Source: Halorussus marinus
GTDB taxonomy: Archaea > Halobacteriota > Halobacteria > Halobacteriales > Haladaptataceae
Reading direction: 5' to 3'
Assembly: GCF_004765795.1 (NCBI RefSeq)
Contig: NZ_SBIV01000005.1
Coordinates: 124,001 to 188,000 of the forward strand
Length of the DNA: 64,000 nucleotides
Under the pieces are notes generated by a model. The model did no database searches and was not told where the DNA came from. It worked only from the letters and a program-made list of their open reading frames with translations. Position numbers and translations under genes: made by a program. The first letter of the stretch is position 1, and every line of letters begins with the position of its first letter. Of this stretch, positions 28,124 to 37,560 are shown piece by piece.

Positions 28124-28786
28124 TCATGCGCGGTGGCGCTCCAGCTCCGCCTCGACCGTGGCGGGCCCGTGAGCGCCGTAGAGCCGCGCCTCGACCGCCC
28201 CGTCGCGCACGAAAAGCAGTGCCGGTCCCGCGGTGAGGTCGTACTCCCGGTCGAGAAACTCCCAGTCGGCCGGCCCGTACACGGCGAACGGCATCACGCC
28301 CCGGGGCTCCTCGAAAACCGCTTCGAGGTCCCGCCGGGCCAGTTCACAGCTCTCCGAGTCGTCCAGCCAGACGTAGACCACCGCCGGCGAGTACACCCGC
28401 GTCAGGTGCGACAGATGAGTCGCCGGCACCGGGACGAACGCCGCCGGGACCCCGTCGGTCCTGACGTCGTAGTCGTCGCCCCGAAACAGCCACAGCGGGG
28501 GGAGCAACTGGAGCCACTCGTCGTCGGCCGCCGGCTCCAGGCGGTCGGCGAGCGCGCACAGCTCGGCCACCGTCCGTGGATCGGTCGCGCCGAGCGCCGC
28601 GAGCGGCTCGACCACCGTCTCCTCGTCGACCCGGCGGCGAACCGCGGGGAGGAGGTCGTCGGCGTCCCGACCCGCGAACTCGGCGGTGTAATCTGTGACA
28701 GCCTCCTCGAACTCCCCGGTCGTCGTCGCGGCTTCGCCGTCGACGGTCAGTACGCCGGCGTCGAATAGCACGCTATTTGATGACAT
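28124..28786 (-). CDS. hypothetical protein with C-terminal thioredoxin-like fold
   Basis: VYVWLDDSESC, YDLTAGPALLFVRDG...RLYG. Confidence 0.65.
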   Translation of the reverse strand: MSSNSVLFDAGVLTVDGEAATTTGEFEEAVTDYTAEFAGRDADDLLPAVRRRVDEETVVEPLAALGATDPRTVAELCALADRLEPAADDEWLQLLPPLWLFRGDDYDVRTDGVPAAFVPVPATHLSHLTRVYSPAVVYVWLDDSESCELARRDLEAVFEEPRGVMPFAVYGPADWEFLDREYDLTAGPALLFVRDGAVEARLYGAHGPATVEAELERHRA

Positions 28787-28970
28787 CTCACGCATTTATC
28801 GGCGGTCTGCACGGTCATAAAACCTCCGCGGCCGGCGTGGGGGCCGTGCGGTTCCGGCGGTCCCGGCTGACCGTTTAGACCGCGAACCCCGGTCGCGCGC
28901 TTCGCTGTGCCCCGCCGCCGAGGCCGCGGCGGGGAAACGCTTTTTTGACCTGTTACCGATTACCACGGCT

Positions 28971-29789
28971 ATGACCGCGCGCACACAGATCCCGGCGCTC
29001 GGGCTGGGCACGTACCGGAACACCGACCCCGAGCGGTGCCGGGACAACGTCCGAACCGCGCTGGACGTGGGATACAGGCACGTCGACACCGCAGAGGCGT
29101 ACGGCAACGAGGAGGCGGTCGGCGAAGGAGTCGCGGCGGCCGACGTCGACCGCGAGGACGTGTTCCTCGCGACGAAAGTGCTCCACCCGAAGTTCGCCGA
29201 CGGGTACGCAACCGACGACGTCCTCGACAGCGCGCGAGACTGCCTCGACCGGCTCGGCCTCGAGCGGGTCGACCTGCTCTACGGCGTCCACTGGCCGGGC
29301 GGCGACTACGACTCCGAGGCGACGTTCGAGGCGTGCGCGGAGCTCCGCGAGGAGGGCGTCGTCGACCACATCGGGGTCTGCAACCTCACCCCCGAGCTGT
29401 TGGACGAGGCCCGGGCGGCCTCCGAGGCGCCGATCCAGGCGTTGCAGGTCGAGATGCATCCGCTCCTACAGCAAGAACGGCTCCGGGAGTACTGCGAGAC
29501 CCACGACATCACGCTCGTGGCGTACGCCCCGCTCGGCTACGGCGCGGTGTTCGAGAATCGGGTGATCGGGGAGATCGCCGAGGAGCGCGGCGTCAGCGAG
29601 GCGCGGGTGAGCCTGGCGTGGCTCCGCGAGAAGGGCGTCGCGACGATCCCGAAGGCGAGCACCGACGAGCACATTCGCGACAACTGGTCGTCCCTGGAGT
29701 TCGACCTCGACGAGCCCGAGATCGCGGCGATCGACGGCATCGAGCAGGAAGACCGCCAGTACGATCCGGACTACGCGCCGGCGTGGTGA
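28971..29789 (+). CDS. aldo/keto reductase
   Basis: LGLGTY, GYRHVDTAEAYGNE, VHWP, AYAPLG, IPKAS. Confidence 0.93.
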   Translation: MTARTQIPALGLGTYRNTDPERCRDNVRTALDVGYRHVDTAEAYGNEEAVGEGVAAADVDREDVFLATKVLHPKFADGYATDDVLDSARDCLDRLGLERVDLLYGVHWPGGDYDSEATFEACAELREEGVVDHIGVCNLTPELLDEARAASEAPIQALQVEMHPLLQQERLREYCETHDITLVAYAPLGYGAVFENRVIGEIAEERGVSEARVSLAWLREKGVATIPKASTDEHIRDNWSSLEFDLDEPEIAAIDGIEQEDRQYDPDYAPAW

Positions 29790-29838
29790 CCGTCCGATCG
29801 CTCGATCTCGGTCGGTCTCTCAGATCGCTCGATGGCGA

Positions 29839-30627
29839 TCACTCCGAGTCGGCGCGCAGCGAGTCGAGCCGCGACCCCAGCACGACCCGCGCCGACGCGA
29901 CCTCGTCGCCGAGTCGGAGCAGTCGGTACCCCCGATCGATCGCGGCCTCGGCGTCCGCCGCGTCGTCGGTGACCCACCCGAGGGGGACGCCGGCGTCGAG
30001 ACACGCCTCCCGTATCTCCGCGATCGCCCGCCGAACATCGGGATGATCCTTCTCGAATGGACGACCGATCGAAACCGAGAGGTCCGCGGGCCCGACGAAC
30101 GCGAAGCCGAGCTCCGGCACCGCTGCGATGGCGTCGAGGTTCTCGACCGCGGTCCGTGTCTCGATCATACAGCCCACCGACACCGCCTCGTCGTGGGCGG
30201 ACGGATCGATCGACGAGGCGTCGCCCCACCCGCTGTCGCGTCCGGCGCCGGCGCCGTAACTGCCCGGACGACCGTCGTAGGCGAACCGGGCGGCCTCGAT
30301 CGCCTGCCTGATCTCGTCGGCCGACTCTACGCGCGGAATCAGGAGCGTCTTGACGCCGGTGTCGAGCACCTTCCGGACGGCCGCGGGATCGCCGGACGGG
30401 AGCCGTACCACGAGGTCGATCTCGGCCGCGTCGGCCGCCCGCGCCAGTCGGTCGAGGACTCGGCTGTCGAACGGGCTCGCCCCGGCGTGTTCGAGGTCGA
30501 TCCACGCGAAGTCCAGTCCCATCTCGCCGTACACTTCGACGACCGACGGCGACGTCGTCGCGGCCCGGGCGCCGAGGATCGGCCCCTGTTCGTCGAGCAG
30601 GTGACTCACGCGACGCTGTTTGCCCAT
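29839..30627 (-). CDS. HpcH/HpaI aldolase family protein
   Basis: DFAWIDLEH, MIET, FVGPADLS. Confidence 0.9.
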   Translation of the reverse strand: MGKQRRVSHLLDEQGPILGARAATTSPSVVEVYGEMGLDFAWIDLEHAGASPFDSRVLDRLARAADAAEIDLVVRLPSGDPAAVRKVLDTGVKTLLIPRVESADEIRQAIEAARFAYDGRPGSYGAGAGRDSGWGDASSIDPSAHDEAVSVGCMIETRTAVENLDAIAAVPELGFAFVGPADLSVSIGRPFEKDHPDVRRAIAEIREACLDAGVPLGWVTDDAADAEAAIDRGYRLLRLGDEVASARVVLGSRLDSLRADSE

Positions 30628-30850
30628 AGGTGTCACACATCACTGAGAGTATTCAGTATTCGGGACGGACCGGACGATCACACGCTCGGTCCGTGAGGCC
30701 GCTCGCGGCCGGCGGGAGCTGACTGCTTTGCTCGTCCGTCTCGGTCTGAAATCTGCGAGAGAATTACACTCACCGGCGCGTCAGTCGCTGACCGCCACGG
30801 TTTCCGGAGCAAAAATCTTTTTACGTATTCCCGCACCACTTCATGTCGCT

Positions 30851-31624
30851 ATGCAACGAGTTCGATTTCGCGACCCGGCCGGCTCCGTGCGGGTCGGCGA
30901 GTGGACCGACGAGGGGGTCGCCTTCGCCACCCGGCAGTTCGACCTCGACGAGGTGACGGTACTGTCGCCGGTCGAGCCGAGCAAGATCGTCTGCGTCGGG
31001 CTGAACTACGCCGACCACGCCGAGGAGACCGACTCCGAGATTCCGGAACGCCCGCTGTTGTTCCTGAAAGCGCCGAACACGCTCGCGGCCCACGGTGACA
31101 CCATCGCGCTCCCGGACGACAAAGAGCGCATCGACCACGAGGCCGAACTGGGGGTCGTCATCGGCGAGCAGTGTCGGAACGTCCCGGCCGACCGGGCCGA
31201 GGAGGTCATCGCGGGCTACACCTGCGTCAACGACCTCTCGAACCGGGACGACCAGCGCCAAGAGCAAAACTGGGTTCGGGGGAAGTCGTTCGACAACGCC
31301 GCCCCGATCGGGCCGGTGGTCGCGTCGCCTGACCGCGTCCCCGAGGACGCCTCGATCAGGCTCCGGAAGAACGGCGAGATCCAACAAGAGTCGACCATCG
31401 ACAACCTCATCTTCTCGGTCCCGGAACTGATCGAGGAGATCACCACGCTGGTGACCTTAGAGGAGGGCGACGTGATCGCGACCGGGACGACCTCGGGCGT
31501 GAGTCCGATCAGCGACGGCGATTCTGTCGAGATCGAGATCGAGGGCGTGGGGACGCTCCGCAACGAGTTCGTCGCCGAGGAGTTCTCCGGGGAGGTCGAA
31601 CACGACTTCATGCCGGACCACTGA
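30851..31624 (+). CDS. fumarylacetoacetate hydrolase family protein
   Basis: KIVCVGLNYADH, DHEAEL, NDLSNRD, GKSFD, GDVIATGT. Confidence 0.93.
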   Translation: MQRVRFRDPAGSVRVGEWTDEGVAFATRQFDLDEVTVLSPVEPSKIVCVGLNYADHAEETDSEIPERPLLFLKAPNTLAAHGDTIALPDDKERIDHEAELGVVIGEQCRNVPADRAEEVIAGYTCVNDLSNRDDQRQEQNWVRGKSFDNAAPIGPVVASPDRVPEDASIRLRKNGEIQQESTIDNLIFSVPELIEEITTLVTLEEGDVIATGTTSGVSPISDGDSVEIEIEGVGTLRNEFVAEEFSGEVEHDFMPDH

Positions 31625-31979
31625 GTAGACGGTCGCGTTCGGCGCCCGCTCGACCCGGCGCGTCTCGGTTTGCCTGACTGAAGCCTCTCGTCGGGCGATA
31701 GTATAATTGTGTATTATTGTGTGTATAAAGCACTACTATATGCTTACTATCTACTTACTCTGTGTGCGATACGACTCGCGGATCTATCGACTAATTTAAC
31801 TCTGTTGTTAAAAGTGCCAAAAATAGAAACAATCGTATTTTAAACTATTTCTTGCGAATTATCGAGTGCAATATATACTGTCTCTTGGCTACCGCCCGTC
31901 TTGTTTGGTTCACTACCGCCGCCGTGACGGGATATAGAATTGCTCAAATAATAAAATACTACCGCCCCGCCTGCCCCGG

Positions 31980-33515
31980 CTACTCCGAGTCGAGCGCGCC
32001 GAACCCGGCCGGCGGTCGCCGGTGGTCGGTCGCCTGCTCGTACGCGTAGGCGAGTTCGAAGAGTCGCGGCTCGGCGAACTCCCGGCCGAGCAGTTCGACG
32101 CCCACCGGGAGACCGTCGTCGGTGAACCCGGCCGGCACGACCATCGAGGGCAGACCCGTGTGGGCCGACAGCTCGCAGTTCAGCTCCTCGAACGGCTGGT
32201 GGTCGGGAATCTCGACCGGCGGGATCGTCGACGGCGGGTACAGCAGGGCGTCGAGGTCCCGTTCGACCATCCGGCGCTCGGTGTCGATCTTGAGCCGGCG
32301 CCGCCGGTCGAGTCGCCGGAGGTAGCCGAGGTTTCGGTCGAGCGACTCCACGTCGGTGTCGAGGATGTCGCTACCCTCCAGTCGGGAGGCGACCGCCGGC
32401 GCGACCTCCCCGGACGCGACGATCTCCGCGAGCGAGTCGTACGCCACCGCGTCGTCGAGCCCCGCCAGATACGCGTCGAAGTCGCGTTTGAACTCGTACG
32501 GGATGACGCGAGCCGACCCGAGTTCGTCCGTGTCGGCGACTGTCACGGAGTCGACGATCGTCGCGCCCGCCGCCGCCATCTCCGCGATCGCGGAGTCGAC
32601 GACCTCGGTCACCTTCTCGGCCGCCTCGGCGGGCGCGCTCTCCTCGTCTTGTAGACCGAAGAACTCCCGGACGACGCCGATCCGAGCGCCGTCGAGGCCG
32701 TCCGCGTCGAGGTGCGAGACGTAGCCGCCGTCGGGGACGCGGCCGACGCCCCGCGCGGTGACGGGGTCCTCGGGGTCGTAGCCGGCCATCGCGTCGAGCA
32801 GTCGGGCGGCGTCGGCGACGCGCCGGGCGATGGGCCCCGCGGTGTCCTGGGACTCGCTCAGCGGGACGACGCCGGTGCGGCTGACCAGCCCGCGGGTCGG
32901 TCGGACTCCGACCAGATCATTGAACGCGGGCGGAGACCTGACCGACGAGCAGGTGTCCGAGCCGGTCCCGACCGCCCCGAGGTTCGCGGCGACCGCCGCG
33001 GCGGTCCCCCCGCTGGAGCCAGACGGCCGCCGGTCGAGGTCGTAGGCGTTGTGAGTCTCCCCGCCGAGCGAGCTGATGGTGTCGACGCCGTACGAGAACT
33101 CCTGGAGGTTCGTCTTCCCGACGATCACGCCGCCGGCCTCCCGGAGCCGGCGGACGACGAACGCGTCCTCGTCGGGGACCGACTCCGCCAGCGCGGTCGA
33201 CCCCGCGGTGGTCGGCATGTCGCGGGTGTCGTGGTTGTCCTTCAGCAGGATCGGGACGCCGTGGAGCGGGCCGACGAACCCCGAGTCCTCGAACTGGGCG
33301 TCGAGTTCCCGGGCGCGCTCGCGGGCGGCGTCGTTCAGCGTCAGTATCGCGTTCAGGTCGCCGTCGTACTCGTCGATCCGGGCCCGGTAGCGTTCGACGA
33401 GCTCTGCGGCGGTGACCTCGCCCGCCTCGATGGCGGCGCGGATGTCGCCGATCGTCGCTTCGAGCACGTCGAACGAGTCGGCGTCGCCAGTCGAATCCAT
33501 GTCTTGGAAGCGCAT
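31980..33515 (-). CDS. amidase signature family enzyme
   Basis: LHGVPILLKDN, SGSSGGTAAAVA, GSDTCSSVRSP. Confidence 0.92.
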   Translation of the reverse strand: MRFQDMDSTGDADSFDVLEATIGDIRAAIEAGEVTAAELVERYRARIDEYDGDLNAILTLNDAARERARELDAQFEDSGFVGPLHGVPILLKDNHDTRDMPTTAGSTALAESVPDEDAFVVRRLREAGGVIVGKTNLQEFSYGVDTISSLGGETHNAYDLDRRPSGSSGGTAAAVAANLGAVGTGSDTCSSVRSPPAFNDLVGVRPTRGLVSRTGVVPLSESQDTAGPIARRVADAARLLDAMAGYDPEDPVTARGVGRVPDGGYVSHLDADGLDGARIGVVREFFGLQDEESAPAEAAEKVTEVVDSAIAEMAAAGATIVDSVTVADTDELGSARVIPYEFKRDFDAYLAGLDDAVAYDSLAEIVASGEVAPAVASRLEGSDILDTDVESLDRNLGYLRRLDRRRRLKIDTERRMVERDLDALLYPPSTIPPVEIPDHQPFEELNCELSAHTGLPSMVVPAGFTDDGLPVGVELLGREFAEPRLFELAYAYEQATDHRRPPAGFGALDSE

Positions 33516-33709
33516 ACCAATTCCAACACCTAACAACCATCGGTGTGACGGGTGCGTCGCCGGACCGAACGGTCGCGAGCCGACCGTCGCCTGCTCCCGG
33601 TGGCTGGCAGTCGTATCACCCTATTGATCTCGGTCTGACGTGAGTCAAATCGCTCCCGTCGCTGGTGGTACTACGAATCAACCGCTGCGTTCCGAAACCC
33701 TTTTCAATT

Positions 33710-33725
33710 TTTAGGCTGGCCTAAA
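33710..33725. promoter_or_regulatory. DtxR/IdeR-type iron box TTTAGGC-TG-GCCTAAA
   Basis: 7-bp perfect inverted arms resembling the TTAGG...CCTAA consensus, 4 bp upstream of the iron-binding protein ATG. Confidence 0.75.
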
Positions 33726-33729
33726 CAAT

Positions 33730-34929
33730 ATGGCAGACGAAGTCAACGAACGACGATCTACCACGCGGCGTAACTACATGAAGTATGGCGGCGCTCTCGT
33801 TGGTAGCGGGTTGCTTGCCGGTTGTACCGGTGGAGACGATTCCCAAAACACCGTAACAGAATCGGATTCCACGCCGACTGCGACGGAGACGACGACCGCC
33901 ACACCGACCGAGACAACCACGGAAGACAGTTCGTACTCCGTGACGATAGAACCTGTTGGCGACGTCACCTTCGAGTCTGTTCCCCAAACGTGGGTCGCAG
34001 AAAATGCCAGTTGGGGGGACATGGGTGTTTCACTCGGATTGGAGAAGCCGAGTGCAATCGTCCTCACAGGCGAGTACCGGACGTGGGCATACGAGGACAT
34101 TCCGGGGCTCTCCACTGGCAAGGAGGATATGATTTCGCTCTGGCAAGACGGGATTTCCAAGGAGACCTTGTTAGAAATTGACGCCGACGTACACTTTATC
34201 GACCCGAACTATATGACCAACCTCATCCCCAACTGGAAGCGCGCGGATGTCACGGAGATGGCCGAGCGTCTCTCTCCGTTCTGTGGCAACACGAGCTTCT
34301 CGACGTATTCGTGGCACGAGGACTACCCGTACTACTCGCTGTACGAGGCCACCGAGAAGGTCGCACAGGTATTCCAGCGAATGGACCGTTTCGAGGCGCT
34401 TCAGGCGCTCCACGACGAGACCGTTTCGAGCATACAGGAACGACTGCCACCCGAGAGCGAGCGCCCGGCAATCGGGCTTCTCTCGCCAGCATCGACGCAA
34501 CCGGAAAAGTACTACCCCTATCGGCTCGGTGAGACGACTGCGTACAAACACTGGCACGACCTCGGTGTAAGCGATGCGTTTGAAGGCTCAGACATCCAGA
34601 GCTTTACGTCCGATCGCGGCACTATCGATTACGAGACGCTGCTGGACGTCGATCCCGAGATCATACTGTTCTACACCGACGAGCACTGGACGCGCTCAGA
34701 GTTCCGCGAGACGTACCTCACGTTCCTCCAAGACCACGACGTAGCGAGCCAACTACGCGCAGTTCAGAACGGTGAGGTTTATCCGGCAGGCGGGATGTAC
34801 CAAGGCCCGATTATCAACCTCGCAAAGACCGAACGTGCCGCGAAGCAGTTGTTCCCCGACGTTTTCGGCCAAGACGAGCAACTGTACAGTCGCCAACGAA
34901 TCGCCGATATTCGGGACGGAGACGTGTGA
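33730..34929 (+). CDS. iron/siderophore-type ABC substrate-binding Tat lipoprotein
   Basis: TRRNYMKYG, LAGC, Thr-rich linker, VTIEPVGDVTFESVP, IDYETLLDVDPE, YQGPIINL. Confidence 0.85.
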   Translation: MADEVNERRSTTRRNYMKYGGALVGSGLLAGCTGGDDSQNTVTESDSTPTATETTTATPTETTTEDSSYSVTIEPVGDVTFESVPQTWVAENASWGDMGVSLGLEKPSAIVLTGEYRTWAYEDIPGLSTGKEDMISLWQDGISKETLLEIDADVHFIDPNYMTNLIPNWKRADVTEMAERLSPFCGNTSFSTYSWHEDYPYYSLYEATEKVAQVFQRMDRFEALQALHDETVSSIQERLPPESERPAIGLLSPASTQPEKYYPYRLGETTAYKHWHDLGVSDAFEGSDIQSFTSDRGTIDYETLLDVDPEIILFYTDEHWTRSEFRETYLTFLQDHDVASQLRAVQNGEVYPAGGMYQGPIINLAKTERAAKQLFPDVFGQDEQLYSRQRIADIRDGDV

Positions 34930-35030
34930 ACTACCCCACCCTACTCGCTCACGGCTGACACCGCTCGCCCCTTGAGTGTGGGACGTCCTGTTTCCACGAC
35001 GCGCTTTACAAACACCGAATCGGTATTCGG
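34926..35030 (-). mobile_element. IS200/IS605 (IS1341/tnpB-type) end remnant, non-autonomous
   Basis: GTGAACTACCCCACCCT...GAGTGTGGGA..CCTGTTTCCACGACGCGCTTT resembles haloarchaeal IS1341-type ends as recalled; terminal hairpin; no tnpA or tnpB ORF. Confidence 0.6.
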
Positions 35031-35264
35031 AGTGCGTCCAGAAGTCTAAGTACTCGCGGAGGCTACGGTTTACGATAAGTTCCCGGTCAGCATAGGCGCC
35101 GCTACCCCTCTAACCCGTTGGTGCAGGATCGTCAGAGACCGCGCGTTTCGCTACTCGTAGGAGTCGATTCGTGATATTCTCTACAGCGTCTACGACCTCC
35201 GTTTCAGCATAGCACACGAAGTGTCGCGACGTGTACACGGCGCGAATTGAACACTGTCGCCGAT

Positions 35265-35462
35265 TCACTGGCCCCCAACGAAGTCGGAGGTGAGTTCTAC
35301 GACGATCCACAACGGAAGGAGATACATTAGCAGGAGGGAGCCGATCTCGATTGCGCTAAATATCGGATTATCAGCCCCGGGAGCTGTAACAATAAAGGTC
35401 ATAACTACGAACCAGAGCGTGAGGACTTGGACCAATTCGCTTCTATCCATCGTCACGCGCAT
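35265..35462 (-). CDS. small two-TM membrane protein
   Basis: 65-aa hydrophobic ORF in the lower-GC islet. Confidence 0.5.
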   Translation of the reverse strand: MRVTMDRSELVQVLTLWFVVMTFIVTAPGADNPIFSAIEIGSLLLMYLLPLWIVVELTSDFVGGQ

Positions 35463-35549
35463 GATGAAAGTGTGAACAAGAGTGCTTTCTGGTTAGTCGA
35501 CGATCCGTACTTGCCGCTCGGCCCGCGGGACCGTATAAATAGACGCCCG

Positions 35550-35972
35550 CTACGCTTCGATCAGTTCGATCAGATTGCCCTCCGGATCGCGGACGAACAG
35601 GATCGTGGCTCCGCTCTCGGTCGTTCGTGGGTCGCTGATCGTCTCGACGTCGCTCGGGAGCCCCTCGTGGAACGCCTCGACGTCCTCGACCGCGAGCCCG
35701 AGGTGCGTGGCGCCCGGCCGATTGACGGCGCCGGCGTCGGCGTCGTCGCCTTCCGGCTCGTACTCGACGAGTTCGACGCGGGCCGATCCGGCGTCGAGGT
35801 GCGCGAACCCGCCGGTCGCGCCGTCGACGCCGACCGCGTCGGCGAACGCCGGTCCCGAGACGGCGAATCGGTCGAGCACGTCGAGTCCGAGGACGTCCCG
35901 GTAGAACTCGATCGCGCGGTCGAGGTCGGCGACGGTGATTCCGTAGTGGTGGGCCGTTAGATTCGAACTCAC
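35550..35972 (-). CDS. VOC/glyoxalase family protein
   Basis: HHYGITVADLDRAIEFYRDVLGL, HLGLAV, FVRDPEGNLIEL. Confidence 0.9.
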   Translation of the reverse strand: MSSNLTAHHYGITVADLDRAIEFYRDVLGLDVLDRFAVSGPAFADAVGVDGATGGFAHLDAGSARVELVEYEPEGDDADAGAVNRPGATHLGLAVEDVEAFHEGLPSDVETISDPRTTESGATILFVRDPEGNLIELIEA

Positions 35973-36138
35973 GTCCGTGGCTGTGCGCCCCGGCCACAAG
36001 CCGGTTTCGCTCGAATCGGCGACGGCGCCGGCGGGCGAGTCCGATTGTCCCTCGCGGCGGGCCGCCCCGGCGGCTCCTGACACCCGGTAGCACAACCTTC
36101 AATTCGGTCGTCCGCGTTGTGGCTCCCACGACGAACCC

Positions 36139-37467
36139 ATGAGCGACGAATCCGCCGAGCCGACTCTGACAGCGACCGACGCCGCGGGCCTGACCGACGC
36201 CGCGAGCGCGTTGCGAACCGGCGACCGCGACCCGCTGGCGTACGTCGACGGGCTGGTCGACCGCGCCGAGGCCGTCGAGCCGACGGTTCGGGCGCTGGTG
36301 GCCGAGTCCGACCGCCGCGAGCGCGTGACCGCCGCCGCCGCGGCGCTCCGCGATCGGTACCCCGATCCGAACGACCGGCCGCCGCTGTACGGCGTCCCGG
36401 TCGGGGTCAAAGACATCTTCCACGTCGACGGGTTCCCGACGCGCGCGGGCTCGGAGCTCCCGATCGCCGAGCTGACCGGCGCGGAGGCCGGCGTCGTCTC
36501 CGCGCTCCGGGACGCCGGCGCGATCGTGCTGGGGAAGACGGTGACGACGGAGTTCGCCCACTTCGAGCCGGGGCCGACCCGGAACCCCCACGACCCCGAC
36601 CGAACGCCCGGCGGCTCCAGCAGCGGCTCGGCGGCCGCGGTCGCGGCGGGCGAGACGCCGCTCGCGCTCGGGAGCCAGACCATCGGCTCGGTGATCCGTC
36701 CCGCCGCATTCTGCGGGATCGTCGGATTCAAGCCGAGCTACGGCCGCGTCCCGATCGACGGCGTGATCCCGCTGGCCGAGTCGGTCGACCACGTCGGCGC
36801 GTTCGCCCGCGACGTGGCCGACGTCCGGGCGGCCGCGCCGGTGCTGTGCGAGACGTGGGAGCCCGTCGAGACCCCCGACGAGCCGGTCTTCGGGGTCCCG
36901 GGCGACCCGTACCTCGCGCAGGCGTCGACGGTCGGCCGCGAGCGATTCGACGCGCAGGTCGACGCGCTCGAACGGGCGGGCTACGAGGTCAGACGCGCCG
37001 ACCCGTTCGAGGATATCGACGCGCTCAACGAGCGCCACGAGCGACTCGTCGCCGCGGAGGCCGCGCTCGCGCACGCCGAGTGGTTCCGCGACTACGAGGA
37101 CAGGTACGCCGAGGGCACCGCCGAACTCGTCCGCGAGGGCCGGTCGGTCGGGGTCGGCGAACTGGCCGACGCCCGAGCGAGTCGGCGCGACCTCCGGGCA
37201 CGGCTGGCGGACGTGATGAACGAGGAGGGGATCGACGTCTGGCTCAGTCCGTCCGCGCCCGGGCCGGCGCCGGCAGGGATCGGCGACACGGGCGACCCGG
37301 TCATGAACCTCCCGTGGACTCACGCCGGGGTGCCCGCGATTTCGCTCCCGGGCGACCGCGCGGACGGCCTGCCGGTCGGGCTCCAGTGCGCGACGGCGTT
37401 CGGGGACGACGAGCGCCTGCTCGCGTGGGCCGAGTCGCTCGCGGCGGTACTCGCGGACGCGCGCTGA
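36139..37467 (+). CDS. amidase signature family enzyme
   Basis: LYGVPVGVKD, GGSSSGSAAAVA, GSQTIGSVIRPA. Confidence 0.92.
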   Translation: MSDESAEPTLTATDAAGLTDAASALRTGDRDPLAYVDGLVDRAEAVEPTVRALVAESDRRERVTAAAAALRDRYPDPNDRPPLYGVPVGVKDIFHVDGFPTRAGSELPIAELTGAEAGVVSALRDAGAIVLGKTVTTEFAHFEPGPTRNPHDPDRTPGGSSSGSAAAVAAGETPLALGSQTIGSVIRPAAFCGIVGFKPSYGRVPIDGVIPLAESVDHVGAFARDVADVRAAAPVLCETWEPVETPDEPVFGVPGDPYLAQASTVGRERFDAQVDALERAGYEVRRADPFEDIDALNERHERLVAAEAALAHAEWFRDYEDRYAEGTAELVREGRSVGVGELADARASRRDLRARLADVMNEEGIDVWLSPSAPGPAPAGIGDTGDPVMNLPWTHAGVPAISLPGDRADGLPVGLQCATAFGDDERLLAWAESLAAVLADAR

Positions 37468-37560
37468 CCGACCGCATCGTCCGGTGGGGGTCGCCGGCGG
37501 AACCGGCGAGCGCGGTCGGTGAGCCGAACGTTGATGGTCGGGCCCTGCGACTCCACGACC

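Noticed and set aside
31852..32049. 65-aa ORF in the AT-rich tract
   Set aside because: TTG start, non-acidic composition and overlap with the amidase 3' end.
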